From Sphingomonadales bacterium (GTDB lineage Bacteria; Pseudomonadota; Alphaproteobacteria; Sphingomonadales; Sphingomonadaceae): a stretch of 64,000 nucleotides of DNA. This document shows, piece by piece, positions 56,690 through 64,000 of the stretch (positions are counted from its first letter, which is position 1; each line of letters begins with the position of its first letter). The stretch lies in NCBI GenBank assembly GCA_038228865.1, contig JBBROX010000001.1, positions 368,657-432,656 of the forward strand, read 5' to 3'. A model generated the notes under the pieces. That model made no database searches and was not told the origin of the DNA. It saw only the letters and a list, made by a program, of their open reading frames with translations. A program made the translations under genes and the position numbers.

Positions 56690-59452
56690 ATGACCGAACT
56701 CCCCAAAACCTTCGACCCCGCCGCCATCGAGGCGCGGTGGTATGCGCAGTGGGAAAGCAGCAATGCTTTCCGCCCCGAACGCCCCGATGCCGCGCCGTTC
56801 ACGATCGTCATGCCGCCGCCCAACGTCACGGGCAGCCTCCACATCGGCCACGCGCTCGACGTGACGTTGCAGGATATTCTCGTCCGCCATGCGCGCCTGC
56901 AGGGCAAGGACGCGCTGTGGGTCGCTGGGACCGACCATGCCGGCATCGCGACGCAGATGGTCGTCGAACGCCAGATGATGGAGCGGCAGGACAAGCGCAC
57001 CAACTATTCGCGCGAAGATTTCGTTCAGAAAGTCTGGGACTGGAAGGCCGAAAGCGGCGGCACGATCACCCGCCAGCTGCGGCGCCTGGGCGCGAGCTGC
57101 GACTGGCAGAACGAACGCTTCACGATGGACGCGGGCTTTTCAAAGGCCGTGCTGAAGGTGTTTGTCGATCTCTATAACGAGGGGCTGCTCTACCGAGACA
57201 AGCGCCTCGTGAACTGGGACCCGGAGTTCAGGACGGCGATCAGCGATCTCGAGGTCGAGACGCGTGAGGTGAATGGCCATATGTGGCACTTCAAATATCC
57301 GCTCGCCGGCGGAGAAACCTACACATACATCGAGCGCGACGCCGACGGGAACGTCACGTTTGAGGAGCAGCGCGACTACATCTCGATCGCGACGACGCGG
57401 CCCGAAACCATGCTGGGCGACGGCGCGGTTGCGGTCCACCCCGACGACGAACGCTACCGACCGATCGTCGGCAAGCTCTGCGAAATCCCCGTGGGTCCCA
57501 AGGCGCACCGGCGGCTCATCCCGATCATCACCGACACCTATCCCGACCCCGAGTTCGGATCGGGCGCGGTCAAGATCACCGGCGCGCACGATCAAAACGA
57601 CTATGGCGTCGCACAGCGCAACAACATCCCGATGTACCGGCTGATGGACGAGGCTGCGGCGATGCGCACCGACGGTGCGCCCTATGCCGAGGCTGCCGAA
57701 CGGGCGAGGGCGATTTCGGCGGGCGAACCGGCGACGTCGGCCGACATCGACGCACTTAATCTCGTGCCCGACGTTTATCGCGGTCTCGACCGGTTCGCAG
57801 CGCGCAAGCAGGTGGTGGCCGACATTGATGCCGAGGGGCTGATGCTCGGCGTCGAGGACAAGACGATCATGCAGCCCTTCGGCGACCGCTCCGGTGTGGT
57901 CATCGAGCCGATGCTGACCGACCAATGGTACGTCGATGCGAAAACGCTCGCCCAGCCCGCGATCGAGGCGGTGCGCTCGGGCGCGATCAAGGTCGTGCCG
58001 CAGACATGGGAAAAGACGTGGTTCCAGTGGCTGGAGAATATCCAGCCATGGTGCGTGTCGCGGCAGCTCTGGTGGGGACACCGGATTCCGGCGTGGTTCG
58101 ACGCCGACGGCAATCATTATGTGGCGATGGACCAAGCCGGCGCGCAGGCACTGGCGGGCGAGGGTGTTGCGCTCACCCAGGATAACGACGTTCTCGACAC
58201 GTGGTTCTCCTCCGCGCTGTGGCCGTTCGGTACGCTCGGTTGGCCCGATGCCGATCCCAAGCTGGCCAAACATTACCCCAATGATGTGCTGATTTCCGGC
58301 TTCGACATCCTGTTCTTCTGGGATGCACGAATGGCGATGCAGGGTTTGCACTTCATGAAAGAAGTGCCGTGGAAGACCCTGTATCTCCACGGTCTTGTTC
58401 GTGCGCCCGATGGTTCGAAAATGTCGAAGTCAAAGGGGAATACGGTCGATCCGCTCGGCCTGATCGGCCAGTACGGCGCCGATGCACTGCGCTTCACGCT
58501 CGCCGCGATGGAAAGCCAGGGGCGCGACATCAAGCTCGATGAGCAACGCGTCGTCGGCTACCGCAACTTTGCCACCAAGCTGTGGAACGCCGCGCGCTTT
58601 CTTCAGGGCAATGGCGTTGGTGCGAGCGCGTCGGTCGCCGCGCCCGAGGCAGCGCTCGCGGTCAACCGCTGGATCATCGGTGAGGTGGTCGACACGCTGG
58701 CGAAGCTCGATCAGGCCATCGCCGACCTGCGCTACGACGCAATGGCCGACGCAATCTATCACTTTGCATGGGGCACGTTCTGCGACTGGTACATCGAACT
58801 GGTGAAGGGCACGTTCGACGACGAAACGCGCGCGGTCGCGAGCTGGGCGTTCGACCAGATCCTCGTGATGTTGCACCCATTTATGCCGTTCATCACCGAG
58901 GAACTGTGGCACGCGATGGGGGAGCGACGTTATGACGTCATCCATGCCGCATGGCCGAAGCCGGAGGCTGCGATTGATGTCGAGGCGAAAGCCGATCTGG
59001 ATTGGTTGGTAAAGATTATTGGCGACATTCGTTCAGCCCGTCAGGAAGCTAACGTACCTCCCGGCCAGAAGATGTTGATGTTGGTTCGAGATGCCAATGA
59101 AGTCATTCACCGTCGGATCAAGAGCCAATACGAAAGCCTGAAGCGGCTTGCGCGTTTGGAGATGGTATCACCAGATCCCGCACCTGCCGAAGGTTCGATC
59201 GTCATTTCGCACAAAGATGCGACCTACCTTCTGCCACTGGAAGGGATTATTGATCTTGATGCTGAACGTGCTCGACTGACGAAGGGGATTGAAGCTGCCG
59301 AGAATGAGGCTGCCTCGCTCGCGGGCCGCCTCAACAATCCCTCGTTCGTCGAGCGGGCGAAGCCAGAGGCTGTCGATAAGGCGCGAGCCGACCATGCCGA
59401 GAAATCGGCGGAGGCCGAGAGGTTGAGGGCGGCGCTGGCGCGACTGGGGTGA
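56690..59452 (+). CDS. valS: Valine--tRNA ligase
   Basis: [39 protein letters not shown]-terminal coiled coil. Confidence 0.98.
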   Translation: MTELPKTFDPAAIEARWYAQWESSNAFRPERPDAAPFTIVMPPPNVTGSLHIGHALDVTLQDILVRHARLQGKDALWVAGTDHAGIATQMVVERQMMERQDKRTNYSREDFVQKVWDWKAESGGTITRQLRRLGASCDWQNERFTMDAGFSKAVLKVFVDLYNEGLLYRDKRLVNWDPEFRTAISDLEVETREVNGHMWHFKYPLAGGETYTYIERDADGNVTFEEQRDYISIATTRPETMLGDGAVAVHPDDERYRPIVGKLCEIPVGPKAHRRLIPIITDTYPDPEFGSGAVKITGAHDQNDYGVAQRNNIPMYRLMDEAAAMRTDGAPYAEAAERARAISAGEPATSADIDALNLVPDVYRGLDRFAARKQVVADIDAEGLMLGVEDKTIMQPFGDRSGVVIEPMLTDQWYVDAKTLAQPAIEAVRSGAIKVVPQTWEKTWFQWLENIQPWCVSRQLWWGHRIPAWFDADGNHYVAMDQAGAQALAGEGVALTQDNDVLDTWFSSALWPFGTLGWPDADPKLAKHYPNDVLISGFDILFFWDARMAMQGLHFMKEVPWKTLYLHGLVRAPDGSKMSKSKGNTVDPLGLIGQYGADALRFTLAAMESQGRDIKLDEQRVVGYRNFATKLWNAARFLQGNGVGASASVAAPEAALAVNRWIIGEVVDTLAKLDQAIADLRYDAMADAIYHFAWGTFCDWYIELVKGTFDDETRAVASWAFDQILVMLHPFMPFITEELWHAMGERRYDVIHAAWPKPEAAIDVEAKADLDWLVKIIGDIRSARQEANVPPGQKMLMLVRDANEVIHRRIKSQYESLKRLARLEMVSPDPAPAEGSIVISHKDATYLLPLEGIIDLDAERARLTKGIEAAENEAASLAGRLNNPSFVERAKPEAVDKARADHAEKSAEAERLRAALARLG

Positions 59453-59457
59453 ACTAA

Positions 59458-59484
59458 AGCCCCTCCTTCTTTAGGGGAGGGGCT
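59458..59484. terminator. Hairpin between convergent valS and lipid kinase genes (probable terminator or REP-like element)
   Basis: AGCCCCTCC-ttctttagg-GGAGGGGCT, perfect 9-bp stem. Confidence 0.55.
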
Positions 59485-60358
59485 ACAAGCGTGGCAACGC
59501 CATCTCGATCACCCGCACCGCCACGCGCGCGGTTATCGGCGTGTGGGCCAGTATCTCGCCGTCGATCGAGATCGGCAGCGGCGGAATCGTTTCGATGCGC
59601 AATTCTCGACCTTTGAAATCTTGTGTGGTCGTGCGTCGCCACGGCAGGCGGAGCGCGCTCGCCGTCCAGGATTTGAGCAGCGAGAACCGCGTCCTGCCGA
59701 TTACCACCTGCACGACCAATTCGCCCGACTCCGGGTCTGCGTCGTCGACCAGCTCGGTCCCGCCCTGAAACCGCCCATTGGCGATGCGGACTTCGGTGGC
59801 AAAGACATGCTTGCCGTCGACGATCAGTTCGAACGGCCGAAACCGCACCAGCGATACCGCCGCCCATGACATATAGCCGACCCGGCCCAGCCAGCGCTTC
59901 AGGCCGTGCGGCACGGTCTCCGCAATCAGAGGGGCAAGGCCGATGGCGGCGCAGTTGCAGAAATAATCCCCGTCGATCATGCCGAGGTCGATCTTGGCCC
60001 GCCGCCCGTTCGCGATCACGTCGACCGCGCCGGCCAGGTCGAGCGGGATACCGGTCGATCGGGCAAAGCTGTTGGCCGTTCCGAGAGGGAGCAAGGCAAA
60101 CACACAATCGTGTCCGACCAGAAAGTCGACCGACGACGACAGCGACCCGTCGCCGCCGCCGACGATGATCATCTTCGCACCGCCCGCAACGGCCGCCTTG
60201 ACCGTGGGTTGCAGCTTTTTGGGGTTGTCGAGCGCATGCGCGGCGTCGAGCGTGATTCCCTGTGCCTCGATCAGCGCTTTTGCCTGTTCGAAATCATCGC
60301 GACCGCGCCGCGACTGGGCGTTGACGATGAGCGTGGCGGATTTGGGAAGGGCAGTCAT
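59483..60358 (-). CDS. Diacylglycerol kinase family lipid kinase (YegS/BmrU-like)
   Basis: IVNAQSRRG, GGGDGSL, PLGTANSFAR, ANGRFQGG, ISIDGE. Confidence 0.9.
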   Translation of the reverse strand: MTALPKSATLIVNAQSRRGRDDFEQAKALIEAQGITLDAAHALDNPKKLQPTVKAAVAGGAKMIIVGGGDGSLSSSVDFLVGHDCVFALLPLGTANSFARSTGIPLDLAGAVDVIANGRRAKIDLGMIDGDYFCNCAAIGLAPLIAETVPHGLKRWLGRVGYMSWAAVSLVRFRPFELIVDGKHVFATEVRIANGRFQGGTELVDDADPESGELVVQVVIGRTRFSLLKSWTASALRLPWRRTTTQDFKGRELRIETIPPLPISIDGEILAHTPITARVAVRVIEMALPRL

Positions 60359-60428
60359 GATGGTCGCTTAACAGCCGAAACGGTTTTCCGATGCGCTTTT
60401 GTTTCGATGGCGCGTTAGGAAGCCGGAT

Positions 60429-61877
60429 ATGGCCGATTCGGAAAATCCAATACCCCCACTGCGAGCCTCCCGAGACCGCAATCTGACCAGCGGCCCGATC
60501 GCCGCGACCCTGATTGCGTTCACGCTGCCGACGCTCGGCGCAAACTTGCTGCAGTCACTCAATGGTTCGGTTAATGCGGTCTGGATCGGGCGCATCCTCG
60601 GCGTCAACGCGCTGGCGGCGACGTCGAACGCCAACCTCATCATGTTCCTGATGATCGCGGCGGTCATCGGCTTTGGCGTGGCGGCCACGATTCTCATCGG
60701 GCAGAGTTTCGGCCGCCGCGACATCGACGCTGCCCGACGCGTCGTTGGCTCGTCGGCGGGGTTGTTCCTCGCCCTGTCGATTGTCATTGCCATTCTTGGC
60801 TACATCGAAACACCGAGTCTGCTGCGCCTGTTGGCCACACCGGGCGAGGCAATGCCGCTCGCGCTTGCCTATCTGCGCGTCATTTTCCTGTCGATGCCGC
60901 CCATTTTCATGGTGACGCTGATGGGCATGAGCCTGCGCGGGACCGGCGATTCGGTCACGCCGCTGATCTGGATGGCGGTCAGTGTCGTTATCGACGTGGG
61001 CCTCAATCCTGTGCTGATGCTGGGACTCGGACCGTTTCCCACGATGGGGATCGCGGGTTCCGCAACGGCGACGGCTATTGCCAACTACACTGTGATGATC
61101 GGCCTGCTGGTCCACATCTATGCGCGGGATATGCCGATCCGCCTGAAGGGCGCCGAACTCGGCTACCTCATCCCCGATCCCGCCCTGCTGCGCATCATTG
61201 TGGCAAAGGGTGTGCCGATGATGGTGCAGATGTTCGTGATGTCGCTGTCCGCGCTCGTCATGATCGGCCTCATCAACCGCGAGGGCGTGGTGACGACGGC
61301 GGCCTATGGTGTCACTTCGACCCTGTGGACCTATATTTCGATGCCCGCGATGGCGGTTGGCACGGCGGTCAGCGCGATGGTCGCGCAGAACATCGGGGCG
61401 AACCGCTGGGACAGGGTGTCGCAGATCGCGAGATCGGGCATTATCTTCAGCCTGAGCGTGACCACGTCGATGGTCGTGCTGCTTGCGCTGGTGGATACCT
61501 ACGCACTCGGCCTGTTCCTTGCGCCGGATTCGCCCTCCCTGCCGGTTGCCCGCCATATCCAGCTGCTGGCCACTTGGAGCTTCATCATGTTCGGGGTCAC
61601 CTTCACCCTGTTTGGGGCCGTGCGTGCAAACGGGGTGGTGTGGCCTGCGGTGATCATTCTGGTGACGACGCTGATCCCCTTCCGATTGGGCATAGCGCTT
61701 CTGCTGCATCCGATGCTGGGAGCGGATGCGTTGTGGCTCAGCTTTCCGGCGAGTTCCTTCATCACGATGATGCTGGCGATTGCTTATTATCGATATGGCA
61801 ACTGGCGGACGGCGCGATTGACGGTACCTGCGCATCAGCCATCGTCGGGGTCCGAAGGGTTGCAGCCGACGCCCTGA
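60429..61877 (+). CDS. MATE family efflux transporter
   Basis: About 12 TMs; NLTSGPI, LRGTGDS.TP, LNPVL..G, MGIAG.A.AT. Confidence 0.9.
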   Translation: MADSENPIPPLRASRDRNLTSGPIAATLIAFTLPTLGANLLQSLNGSVNAVWIGRILGVNALAATSNANLIMFLMIAAVIGFGVAATILIGQSFGRRDIDAARRVVGSSAGLFLALSIVIAILGYIETPSLLRLLATPGEAMPLALAYLRVIFLSMPPIFMVTLMGMSLRGTGDSVTPLIWMAVSVVIDVGLNPVLMLGLGPFPTMGIAGSATATAIANYTVMIGLLVHIYARDMPIRLKGAELGYLIPDPALLRIIVAKGVPMMVQMFVMSLSALVMIGLINREGVVTTAAYGVTSTLWTYISMPAMAVGTAVSAMVAQNIGANRWDRVSQIARSGIIFSLSVTTSMVVLLALVDTYALGLFLAPDSPSLPVARHIQLLATWSFIMFGVTFTLFGAVRANGVVWPAVIILVTTLIPFRLGIALLLHPMLGADALWLSFPASSFITMMLAIAYYRYGNWRTARLTVPAHQPSSGSEGLQPTP

Positions 61878-61895
61878 GAGGGTTTAAGGCGCTTC

Positions 61896-62888
61896 ATGTC
61901 CATGTACCCCGCGCTCCGCCTTCGCCGTACCCGCTCGACCGCATGGAGCCGTGCGCTCGTCAGCGAAACGCACCTTGCCCCCGCGCATCTGATCTGGCCG
62001 CTGTTCGTGACGAGCGGGCAGGGCGTTGAGGAACCGATCTCCAGTTTACCCGGCGTGTCGCGCTGGTCTGTCGACGGTATCGTGGCGCGCGCGAAGGAGG
62101 CAAAGGCGCTGAGCATCGGTGTCGTGGCCCTGTTCCCAAACACGCCGCGTGAACTGCGGACCGAGGGCGGCGAGGAAGCCCTGAACCCCGACAATCTGAT
62201 GTGCCGGGCGATCCGGGCGATCAAGGATGCGGTTCCGGACATAGGCATCCTTACCGACGTCGCACTCGACCCCTATACGGCGCATGGCCATGACGGGCTG
62301 GTCGATGGCGGCGGCTATGTGCTGAACGACGCGACCAGCGACGTCCTGGTCGCCCAGGCCCTGAATCAGGCGAATGCCGGGGCCGACATCATCGCGCCCA
62401 GCGACATGATGGACGGCCGCGTGGGCGCGATCCGCGATGCGCTGGAGGAAGGCGGTCACGTTAATGTCCAGATCATGGCCTATGCCGCGAAATATGCGAG
62501 CGCCTTCTACGGACCGTTCCGCGATGCGGTCGGGTCGGGCGGCTTGCTGAAGGGCGACAAGAAAACCTATCAGATGGATCCCGCCAACGCGGAAGAGGCG
62601 CTGCGCGAAGTCGAACTCGACATTGCCGAAGGGGCCGACAGCGTGATGGTCAAGCCCGGTTTGCCCTATCTCGACATCGTTCGCCGTGTGAAGGAACGCT
62701 TCGAAGTTCCTGTATTCGCGTATCAGGTGTCAGGCGAATATGCGATGATTGAGGCCGCTGCCGCTGCCGGGGCAGGGGACCGCGATGCGCTCGTCCTCGA
62801 AACATTGCTGGCGTTTCGCCGGGCAGGGTGTTCCGGCGTGCTGACCTATCATGCCGCACACGCGGCGCAGCTGTTGCAAGGACGTTAG
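61896..62888 (+). CDS. hemB: Porphobilinogen synthase (delta-aminolevulinate dehydratase)
   Basis: DVALDPYTAHGHDG, APSDMMDGR, AKYASAFYGPFRDA, MVKPG, YQVSGEY. Confidence 0.97.
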   Translation: MSMYPALRLRRTRSTAWSRALVSETHLAPAHLIWPLFVTSGQGVEEPISSLPGVSRWSVDGIVARAKEAKALSIGVVALFPNTPRELRTEGGEEALNPDNLMCRAIRAIKDAVPDIGILTDVALDPYTAHGHDGLVDGGGYVLNDATSDVLVAQALNQANAGADIIAPSDMMDGRVGAIRDALEEGGHVNVQIMAYAAKYASAFYGPFRDAVGSGGLLKGDKKTYQMDPANAEEALREVELDIAEGADSVMVKPGLPYLDIVRRVKERFEVPVFAYQVSGEYAMIEAAAAAGAGDRDALVLETLLAFRRAGCSGVLTYHAAHAAQLLQGR

Positions 62889-62952
62889 CCCGCGTTAACC
62901 ATCCGCAAACGCCTTCGACCTAGGGATTTCGCGACGCAAGGAAAGCATCCCG

Positions 62953-64000
62953 ATGGCGAGTGCCCCCATTTCCCTTCCTGAAACGCCTGTTTCCAACGCG
63001 AATGTGCGGCTGCGCTTCACGCTGGCCATTCTTGCCGGGTCGTTCCTGCTGTTCCTCGTCCAGCCGATGATCGCGCGGATGGCGTTGCCGCGCCTCGGCG
63101 GCGCGCCGGCGGTGTGGAATTCGGCGATGGTCGTCTATCAGGCGTTGCTGCTCGGCGGTTATGCCTATGCTCATTTCATGGGGCGTTTTTCCCCAAGGAT
63201 TCAGGCGGGCGTCCACCTGGTGCTGCTCACAGGTGCCGCCTTGATGCTGCCCATCGGGCTGGTCGCGAGCGAACCGTCGGTGAACGCCAACCCGTTTTTG
63301 TGGACACCCTGGCTGCTGGTCGTGTCGATCGGCCCGCTGTTTTTCGCCATTGCCGCGCAGGCGCCGCTGCTGCAACGCTGGTTCGCGATCAGCGGCGGCG
63401 GCGATCCGTACCCGCTCTATGCCGCGTCGAACCTCGGCAGCTTTGCCGGTCTGCTTGCTTATCCATTGCTCGTCGAGCCATTGTTGCCGATCGCCGGGCA
63501 AAGCTGGCTGTGGAGCGGCGGCTATGTCCTTGTCGCCGTCCTCGTGGCTGGTTGCGCGCTTTTGCTCCCGCGCGGGGCAGTTGCGGCGGCTCCGGTCGAA
63601 CGAGCAACACCAGTCCCCCTTCGTCGTCTGGCGATCTGGGTCTTGCTGGCGGCCGTGCCGTCGGGCCTGATGCTGTCGACCACGACCTATTTGACCACCG
63701 ACATCGTCGCGATGCCGCTGCTGTGGGTGGTGCCGCTCGGGCTGTACCTGCTCAGCTTCTCGATCGCTTTTGCCGACCGGCGTGGTCCTGCCAATTTTAT
63801 CCTCCGGATCGCGCCGCTGATCGTGCTGCTGGGCGGCGGCGTTGCGTTTGCGCAGAACCCGCACTTCCCGTGGCTGTTCGCACCGCTAGGACTGCTCCTG
63901 CTGTTCGTCATCGCGACCGCGCTTCACAGCGAATTGTTCGCGCGGCGGCCTGATCCGGCGCAGCTGACAACCTTCTATCTCGCGATGTCAGTTGGTGGCG
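62953..64000 (+). CDS. Fused MFS/spermidine synthase-like membrane protein (partial, runs off the window)
   Basis: Translated by hand: MASAPISLP...GSFLLFLVQPMIARMALPRLGGAPAVWNSAMVVYQALLLGGYAYAH...DPYPLYAASNLGS; no stop before the window end, so it is absent from the ORF track. Confidence 0.85.
   Translation, partial: MASAPISLPETPVSNANVRLRFTLAILAGSFLLFLVQPMIARMALPRLGGAPAVWNSAMVVYQALLLGGYAYAHFMGRFSPRIQAGVHLVLLTGAALMLPIGLVASEPSVNANPFLWTPWLLVVSIGPLFFAIAAQAPLLQRWFAISGGGDPYPLYAASNLGSFAGLLAYPLLVEPLLPIAGQSWLWSGGYVLVAVLVAGCALLLPRGAVAAAPVERATPVPLRRLAIWVLLAAVPSGLMLSTTTYLTTDIVAMPLLWVVPLGLYLLSFSIAFADRRGPANFILRIAPLIVLLGGGVAFAQNPHFPWLFAPLGLLLLFVIATALHSELFARRPDPAQLTTFYLAMSVGG

Noticed and set aside
53926-59452. 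pcm-tolC-popZ-valS gene order as a novelty
   Set aside because: This is well-known conserved alphaproteobacterial synteny.
62895-62902. TTAACCAT CtrA half-site after hemB
   Set aside because: An isolated half-site; the upstream partner has the wrong spacing (N6) and a mismatch.
46-63953. Many long antisense or alternate-frame ORFs (e.g. 46..1083 -, 14232..15737 -, 37346..38971 -, 43829..45319 +, 60555..61835 -)
   Set aside because: They shadow well-supported genes, lack family motifs, and are expected in high-GC DNA where stop codons are scarce.
1-64000. CRISPR arrays, tRNA/rRNA genes, integrases, transposases, prophage or defence genes
   Set aside because: I saw no repeat-spacer periodicity, no RNA-gene signatures and no recombinase motifs. 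The island has no visible att sites, so it is not called a mobile element.

Overview
GC-rich alphaproteobacterial chromosome window. Gene content (popZ, cysNC, TonB-dependent receptor, HTH-RibB fusion) suggests Sphingomonadaceae; this is inference. From left to right: (1) a partial type II secretion-like cluster (gspE-F-H-I-J-L-M-[C/N-like]-K) with an EEP hydrolase, followed by a priming glycosyltransferase, a Wza-like exporter and a SleB-type cell-wall hydrolase (70-11317); (2) a ~23.5 kb catabolic island (11578-34998) with two paralogous carotenoid-oxygenase-family dioxygenases at its ends, a TonB-dependent receptor, exported NTF2/limonene-epoxide-hydrolase-like proteins, two CoA ligases, two non-canonical thiolases, a PaaN-like dehydrogenase, SDRs, DUF1295 and a tandem-HxlR regulator; (3) cysD-cysNC-cysQ, namZ-like and DOMON-like genes, and leucine/valine catabolic genes; (4) ribH and an Xre-HTH-RibB-degenerate RibA fusion; (5) pcm-tolC-popZ-valS, a lipid kinase, a MATE, hemB and a partial MFS/spermidine-synthase fusion. 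Two candidates for undescribed systems stand out. First, a 17-bp motif (consensus AGTATGATTATGCAAGT) found by eye seven times, each time at a promoter region of the island, points to a tandem-HxlR regulon for an unknown hydrophobic substrate. Second, the HTH-RibB fusion has a perfect AATCACATT-N2-AATGTGATT palindrome just upstream of its start, which suggests an enzyme that is also its own repressor. I found no rRNA, tRNA, CRISPR array, integrase or transposase. All family assignments come from motif recognition by eye, not from database searches.
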